A stretch of 64,000 nt of DNA, taken from positions 32,954 to 96,953 of the forward strand of contig JAFSSP010000020.1 in NCBI GenBank assembly GCA_017450945.1. Reading direction: 5' to 3'. This DNA comes from Clostridia bacterium. GTDB lineage: Bacteria; Bacillota; Clostridia; Oscillospirales; CAG-272. The position numbers were made by a program, and so were the translations under genes. The notes under the pieces are model-generated. The model was not told the origin of the DNA. It was given only the letters and a program-made list of their open reading frames with translations, and did not search any database. This document shows positions 19,519 through 28,643 of the stretch, piece after piece; the first letter of the stretch is position 1; each line of letters opens with the position of its first letter.

Positions 19519-21351
19519 TTATTCCACCGTCACCGATTTTGCAAGGTTGCGGGGACGGTCGATGTCACATCCGCAAAGGTAGGCGGTCTCGTAGGCGATC
19601 GTCTGCACAGCAGTCATAGCGGCAAAAAGGGTTGCGGCAAGCGAGTTGATCGGCAGGTAGATCACACTGTCAGCCGAGCGTTCGGGATTCTCGGCGTCGG
19701 CGCGGCAGATCAGGATGAGTTTGGCGCCACGGCTACGAACTTCTCTGACGTTGCTCTCGGTCTTGTCGTAGAGCGCCTTCTCGGTGGAAATGGCGATCAC
19801 AGGCGTTCCCTCTTCGATCAGCGAGATGGTTCCGTGCTTGAGTTCGCCTGCGGCGTAAGCTTCGCAGTGGATGTAGGAGATCTCCTTAAGCTTGAGCGCG
19901 GCTTCCATCGAAAGCGCGTAGTCAAGTCCGCGGCCGATATAGAAGATATGCTCTTTTCCGGCAAGGCCACGGGCAAGCTCGCGCAGATAGTCGCGTTTTT
20001 CGAGCATGGAAAGAACGGCGGCGGGAGCGTCTTTGACCACAGACTGCACAAGCGCCTTCGCCTCGTCGTCCGAGATGCGGCCGCAAGCGTGTGCGGCAGC
20101 GGCGGCCATCATAAAGAGGACCGAGACCTGCGTGCAGTAGCCTTTCGTCGTTGCAACGGCGATCTCCGGGCCTGCATAGGTGTAAACCCTGTGATCGGCC
20201 TCGCGCGCGATGGTCGTCTCGACCGCATTGACGATGGCGACCGTGGGAAGGCCTTTGGATTTGGCATAGTTCATGGCTGCGAGCGTGTCGGCCGTCTCGC
20301 CCGACTGCGAGATCGGGATGACGATGGTGCCTTCCACGGCGAGCGGCGGATGATAGCGGTACTCGGATGCAATGTAAACAGATGCCGGGATCTTTGCAAC
20401 CTCTTCAAAGAGCTTGGCGCCGACAATTCCCGCGTGCATGGCAGAACCGCAAGCAACGATCTGGATATTCTTGACCGGCTTCCAGAAATCCGGAAGGATT
20501 CCGTCCACCGAGAAATCCGGCAGTCCGTCTTTGGTAATTCTTGTGGAAGCCGACTTGACGATGGCTTCGGGCTGTTCGTAGATCTCTTTGAGCATAAAGT
20601 GCTCGTAGCCGCCCTTTTGCGCCGATTCGGGGGTCATTTCGGTCTTTTTCCACTGCGGTTCAAAGACGCGGCCGTCGCCTGCGACCAGCGTGCCACTGTC
20701 GGGCGTGAGATGCGCGATCTGTCCCTCTTTGAGGGGATAATAGGTTTTGGTAAAGGGCAAAAGCGCGGTCATATCCGAAGCGAGATAGTAGCCGTCCTCG
20801 CCTTTTGCAAGGATCAGGGGGCTACCCTGACGGATCGCGTAGATCTCGCCGGGCAGATCGACGAAGAGAATACCGAAAGCATAGGAACCTTTCATCTTTG
20901 CGGTCGCCTCGCGGATGGCCTTGACCGGATCGCTTCCGGGACGGTAGCAGGCGTTGAGTGTTGCCGCCGCAACCTCGGTATCGGTCTCGGAAAGGAAGGG
21001 CGTTCCGGTCTTGGAAAGCTCATCCTTGAGTTCCTTATAGTTTTCGATGATGCCGTTGTGGACAAGCACCACATTGCCGGCCTTGTGCGGGTGAGCGTTG
21101 ACGTCCGAGGGGCCGCCGTGCGTTGCCCAGCGGGTGTGTCCGATCGCGCAGTGCGCGCCTTCGATCGGGTGTTTCTCGAGCTTTTCCTCGAGCGAAGTGA
21201 TACGCCCTTTGCATTTGACCACTTCGATCGCGTCTTCGGTCTCGGCGGCAATACCAACCGAGTCATATCCGCGATATTCGAGCACCGTAAGGCCTTTGGT
21301 CATTTTCGGGACGGCATTGCCCTCCCCGGTGTAACCGATAATTCCACACAT
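19519..21351 (-). CDS. glmS: Glutamine--fructose-6-phosphate aminotransferase
   Basis: MCGIIGYTG N-terminal nucleophile, two SIS domains, and the C-terminal ...KSVTVE. Confidence 0.97.
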   Translation of the reverse strand: MCGIIGYTGEGNAVPKMTKGLTVLEYRGYDSVGIAAETEDAIEVVKCKGRITSLEEKLEKHPIEGAHCAIGHTRWATHGGPSDVNAHPHKAGNVVLVHNGIIENYKELKDELSKTGTPFLSETDTEVAAATLNACYRPGSDPVKAIREATAKMKGSYAFGILFVDLPGEIYAIRQGSPLILAKGEDGYYLASDMTALLPFTKTYYPLKEGQIAHLTPDSGTLVAGDGRVFEPQWKKTEMTPESAQKGGYEHFMLKEIYEQPEAIVKSASTRITKDGLPDFSVDGILPDFWKPVKNIQIVACGSAMHAGIVGAKLFEEVAKIPASVYIASEYRYHPPLAVEGTIVIPISQSGETADTLAAMNYAKSKGLPTVAIVNAVETTIAREADHRVYTYAGPEIAVATTKGYCTQVSVLFMMAAAAAHACGRISDDEAKALVQSVVKDAPAAVLSMLEKRDYLRELARGLAGKEHIFYIGRGLDYALSMEAALKLKEISYIHCEAYAAGELKHGTISLIEEGTPVIAISTEKALYDKTESNVREVRSRGAKLILICRADAENPERSADSVIYLPINSLAATLFAAMTAVQTIAYETAYLCGCDIDRPRNLAKSVTVE

Positions 21352-21399
21352 AGAAAAAATCCTCTTTTGAGCATAGTAAACCCACTATGCTCCCTTTCT

Positions 21400-21570
21400 G
21401 AAAAATTTTTGGAAAGCGAGCCTGCGGCTCATAAAGAGGAATTTGTTTTGCGGTTGCCCGCATATTTGTTCCACTGTAACGACAAGAAAAAATCTTGCCG
21501 GAGAGGCATCCGCCGAAAGTTTCGATCACCTCTCGCCTCGTTAACCGCCATAGGCGGTCTGGCGCTATCA
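21400..21570 (-). ncRNA. glmS ribozyme: glmS ribozyme (GlcN6P-dependent self-cleaving riboswitch)
   Basis: Minus strand reads A|GCGCCAGACCGCC...GGCGGUUAACGAGGCGAGAGGUGAUCGAAACUUUCGGCGGAUGCCUCUCCGGC, matching the conserved core as I remember it (AGCGCC cleavage site, GACGAGG, AUCGA..UUCGGCGGAUGCCUC.CGG). The 3' boundary is approximate. Confidence 0.88.
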
Positions 21571-21620
21571 CTGACCCGGATTTGCGGGGACGGAATTCCC
21601 TTCTGTCAGGGGCTTTTATT

Positions 21621-22298
21621 TTATCTTTCTTCTTTTTTTACCACCTTTCCACCGGTTTTAACAATGCTATTTGCCGGGATAAAACCGCGGACAAAGGACA
21701 AAGGATAAACATTGGTATGAGCACCTACGATGCTTCCGGGATTGAGCACGCTGTTGCAGCCGATATCGGCATAATCGCCGAGCATCGCGCCCACTTTTCT
21801 GCGCCCGGTCTCGATCGACTCGTCGCCGACGCGGATCACGATGTTCTTTCTGTCAGCCTTGATGTTCGAGGTCACGGCTCCGGCGCCCATGTGCGCGTGG
21901 AACCCGAGGATCGAGTCGCCGACATAGTTATAGTGCGGCACCTGCACGTTGTCAAACAGAATGCAGTTTTTCAGTTCGGTCGAGTTGCCAACAACACAAG
22001 TATCCCCCACGAGCGCGCTTCCGCGAATGAAAGCGCCCGGACGAACCTGGCTGTTCTCTCCGATGATGGTCGGCCCCGTGATGGTTGCAAGAGGAGAGAC
22101 CGTCGCGCTTTTGGCGATCCAGATATTCTCGCCGACCTCTTCAAAAAGATCCTTCGGGAGCGTCGGGCCAAGCGTAAGGATAAAATCCGAGATCTCGGGC
22201 AGGACTTCCCAGGGGTATTCGACCTTTTCAAGAAGCGTGCGGGCGCGCGTGTGCTCGAGTTCCTTGTAAAGTGCTTTTATCGTGAGTTGCTCTTTCAT
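21621..22298 (-). CDS. Left-handed beta-helix (hexapeptide-repeat) acyltransferase resembling the GlmU C-terminal acetyltransferase domain
   Basis: Hexapeptide repeats throughout, and PHYNYVGDSILGFHAHMGAGAVTSNIKADRKNIVI parallels the GlmU ...YLGD..IG..VNIGAGTITCNYDG.NK segment. It has no nucleotidyltransferase domain. Confidence 0.8.
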   Translation of the reverse strand: MKEQLTIKALYKELEHTRARTLLEKVEYPWEVLPEISDFILTLGPTLPKDLFEEVGENIWIAKSATVSPLATITGPTIIGENSQVRPGAFIRGSALVGDTCVVGNSTELKNCILFDNVQVPHYNYVGDSILGFHAHMGAGAVTSNIKADRKNIVIRVGDESIETGRRKVGAMLGDYADIGCNSVLNPGSIVGAHTNVYPLSFVRGFIPANSIVKTGGKVVKKEER

Positions 22299-22307
22299 AA
22301 AACCTTT

Positions 22308-23675
22308 TTACCCCAATTTGCGCTCGTGGATCACTTCGATGATCTCGTTCACGCAATATTCGCATTCGTCAAGACTCTTTGCCTCGGCCATGACGCGGAT
22401 GACAGGCTCGGTTCCGCTCTCGCGAAGAAGAACTCTGCCGTCCTTGCCGAGGTGCTCGCCCATCTCTTTGGTCTTTGCCAGCACCGCTTTGTCGTTCATG
22501 ACGGCGGCCTTGTCGCGGACTTTGACGTTCTTTAAGACCTGCGGGAACATTTTGACCGGCTCGGCCAGCTTGGAGAGCGGCTGTTTGCTCTCAATGACAG
22601 CCTCCATGATCTGGATGGCGGTCAGAATTCCGTCGCCGGTCGTGGCGTATTTGGAAAGAATGACATGCCCCGATTGCTCGCCGCCGAGGCAGTTTCCGGT
22701 CTGCACCATGTTTTCGTAAACGAACCGATCGCCCACAGTAGTCACGTCGTAATCGATCCCTGCGGCGTCGAGCGCACGGAAAAGCCCGATGTTCGACATA
22801 ATGGTGGCCACCACCTTGTTGTGGGACAATTCACCGCGCTTTTTGAGCATAGTACCGAGAATGTAAATGATATGGTCGCCGTTGACCACGTTGCCGTTTT
22901 CATCGACGGCAATGCAACGGTCGGCGTCGCCGTCAAAGGCAAAGCCAATGTCAAGCTGGTTCTCTTTCACATACTTTGCAAGCACGTCGATATGCGTCGA
23001 GCCGGCATTGTTGTTGATGTTGAGTCCGTCGGGAGACGCGTTGATGGTATGCGTTTTTGCGCCGAGCGCGTCAAACACGTTCTTTGCGATCATCCAGGCA
23101 GAGCCGTTTGCGCAGTCAAGGCCGACGTGGAAATGCTTGAAGGAGGACTTGGAGAGCGAAATGAGGTAACCGATATAGCGGTTGCGGCCTGCGGCGTAGT
23201 CGATGATCTGACCGATCCGTTCGCCCGAAGCCATGGGAAGATCCGCGCCCTTCACTCCAAGCTCGTCCAGCTTGCCGTCAAGATACAGTTCGATGGCGGC
23301 AATGGCGTTGTCGTCAAATTTTTCGCCCTTCGAATTGATGAGCTTGATGCCGTTGTCATAAAAGGGATTGTGGCTGGCCGAGATCATGATTCCGAAATCA
23401 AAATCGTCGTGCGCCGCAACATAGGAAACACTGGGGGTTGTGGTGACGTGGAGCATATAGGCGTCGGCGCCCGAAGCCGTCAGCCCGGCCACAATGGCAT
23501 ACTCGAACATATAGCTCGAACGTCTGGTATCCTTACCTACAATTGCAGAAACCTTATGGTTGCCGCCTTCCGAAAAATACCAGCCGAGAAAACGGCCGAT
23601 CTTATAAGCGTGTTCTGCGGTAAGAGTTGTTCCCGCTTCGCCGCGGAATCCATCGGTGCCAAAGTACTTTCCCAT
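22308..23675 (-). CDS. glmM: Phosphoglucosamine mutase
   Basis: MGKYFGTDGFRG and the active-site SASHNPFYDNGIK. Confidence 0.95.
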   Translation of the reverse strand: MGKYFGTDGFRGEAGTTLTAEHAYKIGRFLGWYFSEGGNHKVSAIVGKDTRRSSYMFEYAIVAGLTASGADAYMLHVTTTPSVSYVAAHDDFDFGIMISASHNPFYDNGIKLINSKGEKFDDNAIAAIELYLDGKLDELGVKGADLPMASGERIGQIIDYAAGRNRYIGYLISLSKSSFKHFHVGLDCANGSAWMIAKNVFDALGAKTHTINASPDGLNINNNAGSTHIDVLAKYVKENQLDIGFAFDGDADRCIAVDENGNVVNGDHIIYILGTMLKKRGELSHNKVVATIMSNIGLFRALDAAGIDYDVTTVGDRFVYENMVQTGNCLGGEQSGHVILSKYATTGDGILTAIQIMEAVIESKQPLSKLAEPVKMFPQVLKNVKVRDKAAVMNDKAVLAKTKEMGEHLGKDGRVLLRESGTEPVIRVMAEAKSLDECEYCVNEIIEVIHERKLG

Positions 23676-23715
23676 ATCTTCCTCCTAAATGGGCAAATAA
23701 ACCCATCTAAAGGGT

Positions 23716-23744
23716 ATTGTATCAAATCCGTTCGATTTTGTCAA
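23716..23744 (-). promoter_or_regulatory. Putative sigma-A promoter of glmM
   Basis: Minus strand reads TTGACA (23744-23739), 17-nt spacer, TACAAT (23721-23716). Confidence 0.6.
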
Positions 23745-23764
23745 TACTTTTTTACAAACCGTTA

Positions 23765-23797
23765 CAAAAAAGGGGCGACAAAACGCCCCTTTTTTTG
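23765..23797 (-). terminator. Rho-independent terminator after ftsZ
   Basis: AGGGGCG-acaaaa-CGCCCCT flanked by A and T runs. Confidence 0.7.
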
Positions 23798-23816
23798 ACA
23801 AAAATCATAAATTCGA

Positions 23817-24983
23817 TTATTTCTTTTTGAAGCTGTCGACCCAGTCGAGCAGGTTGTCGTCGTCCGAAGCTTCGCCGACAGGCTCTACCTTGGGAGCCTT
23901 TTTCTCGTGAACCGGCTCCTTTTTGGGTTCGGGAGCGGGCTGCACCGGCTTTTTGGTTTCCTTGTTGCGGTAAGGAGAGTTGCCGTTGGGGATCACGTTG
24001 GTGACCACGCGGTTTGCATCCTCGGGCTTTTTCTCAAAGCCGGTTGCAATGATGGTGATGCGCATCTCATCCTCGAGATCGTTGTCAAAGGAAACGCCCC
24101 AGATGATGTTTGCAGAAGGATCGGCTTCCTGAGCCACCAGAGTGGAAGCGAGTTCCACGTCTTCGAGTCCAACGTCGGGAGAGACCGAAATGCTGATCAG
24201 GATGCCCTTAGCGCCCTTGATCGAGGTCTCAAGCAGCGGGCTGGAGATCGCCTCTTTGGCGGCCTCTTCTGCCTTGTCCTTGCCGGTAGCAGAGCCAACG
24301 CCCATGTGTGCGTAGCCTGCATTTGCCATGACGCTGGTTACGTCGGCAAAGTCGAGGTTGATAAAGCCGGGAACGCTGATGAGGTCGGAAATACTCTGAA
24401 CGCCGCGGCGCAGAACGTCGTCTGCAATGCCGAATGCGTTGGCAAGCGTGATTTTTGCATTGGTGACCTGCTTGAGTCTTTCGTTCGGAATGACCACGAG
24501 CGAGTCAACATACTGAGCCAGCTCGGCAATACCGATCTCGGCCTGATCCATTCTCTTCTGCCCTTCAAAAGCAAAGGGTTTGGTCACGATGCCGATGGTA
24601 AGGATATCCAGCTCTCTTGCCACACGCGCCACAACGGGAGCCGCACCGGTTCCGGTGCCGCCGCCCATACCTGCGGTGATGAAGACCATATCGGTCCCTT
24701 CGAGCATGGAGCGAATATCGTCGATCGATTCCTCGGCGGCACGCGCACCGATCTGCGGGTTTGCGCCGGCGCCAAAGCCTTTGGTGATCTTTTCGCCGAT
24801 GACGAGTTGATTGGGAGCCTCGGATTTTCTCAGCGCCTGACGGTCAGTGTTCACCGCCACAAAATCGACTCCGCAGATGCTCGTAACGATCATTCTGTTG
24901 ACCGCGTTGTTTCCGCCGCCGCCAACGCCGATTACTTTAATATTGACGCCGCTTTCCAAGGTATCGTCATGTTCAAATGTCAT
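23817..24983 (-). CDS. ftsZ: Cell division GTPase FtsZ
   Basis: IKVIGVGGGGNNAVNRM and GMGGGTGTGAAPV tubulin signature. ATG 24981-24983 follows GGGAGGA. Confidence 0.97.
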   Translation of the reverse strand: MTFEHDDTLESGVNIKVIGVGGGGNNAVNRMIVTSICGVDFVAVNTDRQALRKSEAPNQLVIGEKITKGFGAGANPQIGARAAEESIDDIRSMLEGTDMVFITAGMGGGTGTGAAPVVARVARELDILTIGIVTKPFAFEGQKRMDQAEIGIAELAQYVDSLVVIPNERLKQVTNAKITLANAFGIADDVLRRGVQSISDLISVPGFINLDFADVTSVMANAGYAHMGVGSATGKDKAEEAAKEAISSPLLETSIKGAKGILISISVSPDVGLEDVELASTLVAQEADPSANIIWGVSFDNDLEDEMRITIIATGFEKKPEDANRVVTNVIPNGNSPYRNKETKKPVQPAPEPKKEPVHEKKAPKVEPVGEASDDDNLLDWVDSFKKK

Positions 24984-25060
24984 GATGGTTATCCTCCCGA
25001 TTTCTGATAATTCCTTCATTTTTGCCGCATTTTGCAACAAATCAAATGATCTCAGTTATT

Positions 25061-25089
25061 ATCATACTATCTTTTCGGATTTTTTGCAA
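25061..25089 (-). promoter_or_regulatory. Putative proximal ftsZ promoter
   Basis: Minus strand reads TTGCAA (25089-25084), 17-nt spacer, TATGAT (25066-25061). A second TTGCAAAAAATCC 13-mer lies 54 bp upstream. Confidence 0.5.
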
Positions 25090-25166
25090 GATGTTTTTTG
25101 AATTATTTTCAGAAATTTTCAATTATTTCAGGATTTTTTGCAAACTTCTCTTTCTTGTCTCGGAAT

Positions 25167-25955
25167 TTAAGAGGATTTGATGGGGTTTTTCCCGCTCAGA
25201 TCAATGGTACAGGGAGACTGCGGGATGCCGTCGGCAAGAATTTCTTTCAGCCATTTTTCCTTTTTGTCCAGCTCGCGATACTCACCGAGGATCACTTTGC
25301 ATTTTCCGTCCAGCTCAAAAGAGATTTTACGCTCTTTCTCAAGCGAGACTGCCGTCAGGTGCTCTGCAAAAGCCCCGTTTTCCAGCCAGTTGACAAGCGG
25401 AATCAGAATGGATTTTGCAAACACGGCGCTATCCCGGAACTGAATGGCGCGGCCGGTTTGCAAGGTGACATCGTGCGGCAGTTCCACAAACAAAAAATCC
25501 GCAAAAGGCTCGTCCGCCTCTTCAATGATTTTGAGCGAATCCGAAAAACTGTAGTAGCGCCCATCCCGCTCGGTGTACAAAAGGCAAGTCTCCTCTTCCA
25601 GGCTGATCACCACGCGGCCGGAAAGGTGAACAGAGATCGAAACCGACTTGATATACCTGCATTTTGCAAGGATATTTTGGATGCTTCTGTCAATATCGAC
25701 CTCCAGCACCGGGTCTTCGGCGCGAATGCCGGAGGCGCTGATGATCTCGTCAGGCCGGTAGAAGGAAGCGCCCTCCACCGCCACCTCCCGAACCCGGAAG
25801 CGCGGCAGTGCCAATGCCAAAAAGGAGAGCAGCACAAGAACGATCGCCAGCACAAGAATGCCGATCCGCAAAATCTTTGCGACTCTTCCCCTCTTTGCCA
25901 GATGAACCGGCGTGGCGTCGTTCAGGTATTTGGTTTCACGCTCTGTTGTCTTCAT
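25167..25955 (-). CDS. ftsQ: Cell division protein FtsQ/DivIB (POTRA domain)
   Basis: N-terminal transmembrane anchor followed by FRVREVAVEGASFYRPDEIISASGI (POTRA-like). Position in the dcw cluster also supports the call. Confidence 0.8.
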   Translation of the reverse strand: MKTTERETKYLNDATPVHLAKRGRVAKILRIGILVLAIVLVLLSFLALALPRFRVREVAVEGASFYRPDEIISASGIRAEDPVLEVDIDRSIQNILAKCRYIKSVSISVHLSGRVVISLEEETCLLYTERDGRYYSFSDSLKIIEEADEPFADFLFVELPHDVTLQTGRAIQFRDSAVFAKSILIPLVNWLENGAFAEHLTAVSLEKERKISFELDGKCKVILGEYRELDKKEKWLKEILADGIPQSPCTIDLSGKNPIKSS

Positions 25956-25961
25956 TCTTTT

Positions 25962-27080
25962 TCAATGGGTCAATGCGACCACGCGCTCCCAGATTTTTTT
26001 GTTTGCCTCTTCATCGGCAAAAGCCGAAACGGCCTGTTCCATCTCTTGCCGCATGGCTTTGTTTTCGAGCAATTCGGTCACCTTCCTCAAAAGCAGATCG
26101 GAGGCAAGGCCGGATTCCTCCACCAGAGCCGCGGCCCTCGCGCTTGCCAGAAGGTCGGCGTTTTTGAACTGATGGTTGTCGACGACGTTGGGCGACGGAA
26201 TGAGGATCGACGCTTTTCTCTGCAGGGCCAGCTCCGAGAGCGTCATGGCCCCCGCGCGAGAGATCACAAGGTCTGCCGCCGCCATGCGCAGCGGCATATC
26301 GTAAAGATAATCCACAAGAATGCAGTTGTCGTGTTCGGCAAGACCGTATTCGTAAAACTTTTTTTGGCAGGACTCAAACTCCCGCTTGCCGGTGGCGTGG
26401 ATATGAAGAACCTCCGGGTGCTTTGCGGTGTAGTCACGCATCAGCAAAAGCACCGCTTCATTGACCTTCTCCGCCCCGAGGCTTCCACCAAACGAAAGGA
26501 GAAACAGGCGGTCGTCACCGATGGCAAGCTGCTCTCTCGCATCCTTTTTATCGATGCTTCCAAAGGCCTGTCTCGTTGGGTTTCCGACGCAAAAGACACG
26601 GCTTTTGATCCCGGTTTTCAATGCGTTCTCGGTAGAAGAAAAATTCACCCAGATCTCGTCCACATGCCGTCCGAGTCTTTTGACGGCAAGGCCGGGGATC
26701 GCGTTGGATTCATGCACCGCCGTCGGGATCTTCCGCTTTGCGGCGGCAACCAAGATCGGCCAGGAGGCATACCCGCCGGTGCCGACCACAAGATCCGGAC
26801 GGAACTCATCTAAGATCGCGTTTGTCTTTTTGGAGTAGGGCGAGGTCAGCGCCAGATAGAGCGCGCGCAGATTGGAGGGGGAAAGCGAGCGCCGGATCCC
26901 GGCTGACTCGACAAAATGAAGCTTGTATCCCTCTCTGGGAACAAGATCCTCCTCCTTCCCTCCCGCAACTCCGACAAATTCAACAACAGAGCCGGGAGCA
27001 TTGCGCCGGATGATCTCTGCGATCGCAAGCGCCGGGTTGATATGCCCCGCGGTTCCTCCGCCGGTGAGTAAAACCCGCAT
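25962..27080 (-). CDS. murG: UDP-GlcNAc:lipid I N-acetylglucosaminyltransferase MurG
   Basis: MRVLLTGGGTAGHINPALAIAE. ATG 27078-27080 overlaps the upstream stop (TGATG). Confidence 0.93.
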   Translation of the reverse strand: MRVLLTGGGTAGHINPALAIAEIIRRNAPGSVVEFVGVAGGKEEDLVPREGYKLHFVESAGIRRSLSPSNLRALYLALTSPYSKKTNAILDEFRPDLVVGTGGYASWPILVAAAKRKIPTAVHESNAIPGLAVKRLGRHVDEIWVNFSSTENALKTGIKSRVFCVGNPTRQAFGSIDKKDAREQLAIGDDRLFLLSFGGSLGAEKVNEAVLLLMRDYTAKHPEVLHIHATGKREFESCQKKFYEYGLAEHDNCILVDYLYDMPLRMAAADLVISRAGAMTLSELALQRKASILIPSPNVVDNHQFKNADLLASARAAALVEESGLASDLLLRKVTELLENKAMRQEMEQAVSAFADEEANKKIWERVVALTH

Positions 27081-27376
27081 CAGATCCCTCCGACCGGGAC
27101 TCTCCAAAGAATGGAGGCTCCGCAGAAAAAGACGAAGGTCATCACGCTCGGGATTGCATACCAGCGGCGATCGCCTCTGAAAAACGGCACACACAGGAAA
27201 AGAAGCAGGCTGAGCGCCGAGAGCGCAAGGAGCGAAAAGGTCAGCGCCGCCATGCCGTTAAAGTGATTCTTTGCAATCTCTTTGCCGGCGGTCAGAAGAA
27301 AGAGCAGAAAGCCTGCGCCGAACGCGCAGACGATCTTGATCGATTTATGGAAATAACGGGTTCTTTTGCGTTTCAT
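27080..27376 (-). CDS. Hypothetical small membrane protein (98 aa) between ftsW and murG
   Basis: MKRKRTRYFHKSIKIVCAFGAGFLLFLL..., with three hydrophobic segments. RBS GGAGAGG lies 7 nt before the ATG. Its stop overlaps the murG start. Confidence 0.5.
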   Translation of the reverse strand: MKRKRTRYFHKSIKIVCAFGAGFLLFLLTAGKEIAKNHFNGMAALTFSLLALSALSLLLFLCVPFFRGDRRWYAIPSVMTFVFFCGASILWRVPVGGI

Positions 27377-27392
27377 GTTGAAACCTCTCCGG

Positions 27393-28634
27393 TTAAATTT
27401 TTTGATGCGAACAATAGCGGGAGATCGAAAGGATGATCCCCACTTCAAAGATCTGGAGCAACAACGAGGTGCCGCCGTAGCTGAAAAACGGCAGTGAAAT
27501 TCCAGTGTTGGGCATGGAATTGGTGACCACGGCAAGGTTCAGGATCACCTGGAGCGCCACCTTAAAGGAGAGTCCGTAGACGACCAGCGCCGTGAATTTA
27601 TCCGGCGCATGTTTTGCGATGTAAAAACCTCTCCAGACAAACAGGACGAAAAGAGCGACCACGAGAAAGGCGCCCACAAAACCGAGCTCTTCGCAAACGA
27701 TGGTAAAGATAAAATCGTTTTGCGGCTGCGAGACGTAACCGAATTTTTGGCGGCTGTTGCCAAGGCCGGTACCGAAGAATCCGCCCGAGCCGATGGCCAT
27801 GAGTCCCTGGAGCGTCTGCCAGGCGGAACCGAGCGGGTCGGCCTGTTCGATGAAAAGCCAGGTCTCCACTCTTGCCCGCGCGTATCCCGATACCAGCACA
27901 AGGAGGCAACCGGCAACAAGCACCACGCCTCCGATGGCGGCGATCCACTTGACCTTGGTCCCTCCGAGATACATCATGGAAATGCCGAGCATGCCGATGA
28001 TCATAAGTCCCGAGATGTGATGCTCGATGGCAATCAGCCCGGCTAAGACGGCGATAAACATGCCCGGAAACAGGACGCCGTATTTGAAACTGCCCCCGAA
28101 TTTGGCATCGGAGAGCACCTTTTTTTCATACTTGGAAAAGAAATTTGCCAGCACCAGAACGAGCGCGAGTTTTGCGATCTCCGAGGGTTGGATGGTGGTG
28201 ACCTTAAAATCGATCCAACGCTTGGCTCCGCTCCCGAGGTCGGTCCCGATCACAGGAACAAGAAGGAGCAAAAGCACCGCCAGAGCAAAGATGGGATAAC
28301 TGAAATCCTTCCAGAAATGCGGCGTGCAGAATTTGGCCGCAACAAAGGTCACACCGATCGCAAGCACCAAGAAGACCAGGTGCCGCGTGATGAAATAGCT
28401 GTTGTCGCCGTGGTACTGTTCGGCATAGACCGAGGAAGCGCTGAAGATCATCACACATCCGAACATCACAAGGAGTGAGGTGATCAACAACATGGGAAGA
28501 TCCACTCTTCCCTTTTTCGGAAGCGGAAGTTCCACTTCTTCAACTTCGTGGACCGGCTCGGTAAAGGCAGGATCAAGCGCCGTCCTGTCCTGTTTGCCGA
28601 ACTTCTTTTTCAAAAACTCTTTGATGCGATTCAT
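27393..28634 (-). CDS. ftsW: SEDS-family peptidoglycan polymerase FtsW/SpoVE
   Basis: Polytopic FtsW/RodA family protein (...GLGNSRQKFGYVSQPQNDFIF...). Position in the dcw cluster supports the call. Confidence 0.9.
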   Translation of the reverse strand: MNRIKEFLKKKFGKQDRTALDPAFTEPVHEVEEVELPLPKKGRVDLPMLLITSLLVMFGCVMIFSASSVYAEQYHGDNSYFITRHLVFLVLAIGVTFVAAKFCTPHFWKDFSYPIFALAVLLLLLVPVIGTDLGSGAKRWIDFKVTTIQPSEIAKLALVLVLANFFSKYEKKVLSDAKFGGSFKYGVLFPGMFIAVLAGLIAIEHHISGLMIIGMLGISMMYLGGTKVKWIAAIGGVVLVAGCLLVLVSGYARARVETWLFIEQADPLGSAWQTLQGLMAIGSGGFFGTGLGNSRQKFGYVSQPQNDFIFTIVCEELGFVGAFLVVALFVLFVWRGFYIAKHAPDKFTALVVYGLSFKVALQVILNLAVVTNSMPNTGISLPFFSYGGTSLLLQIFEVGIILSISRYCSHQKI

Positions 28635-28643
28635 GGCCGTTCC

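Noticed and set aside
21263-21571. A 102-aa minus-strand ORF upstream of glmS.
   Set aside because: It coincides with the glmS ribozyme core and the glmS leader. The conserved RNA motifs explain the sequence, and there is no RBS.
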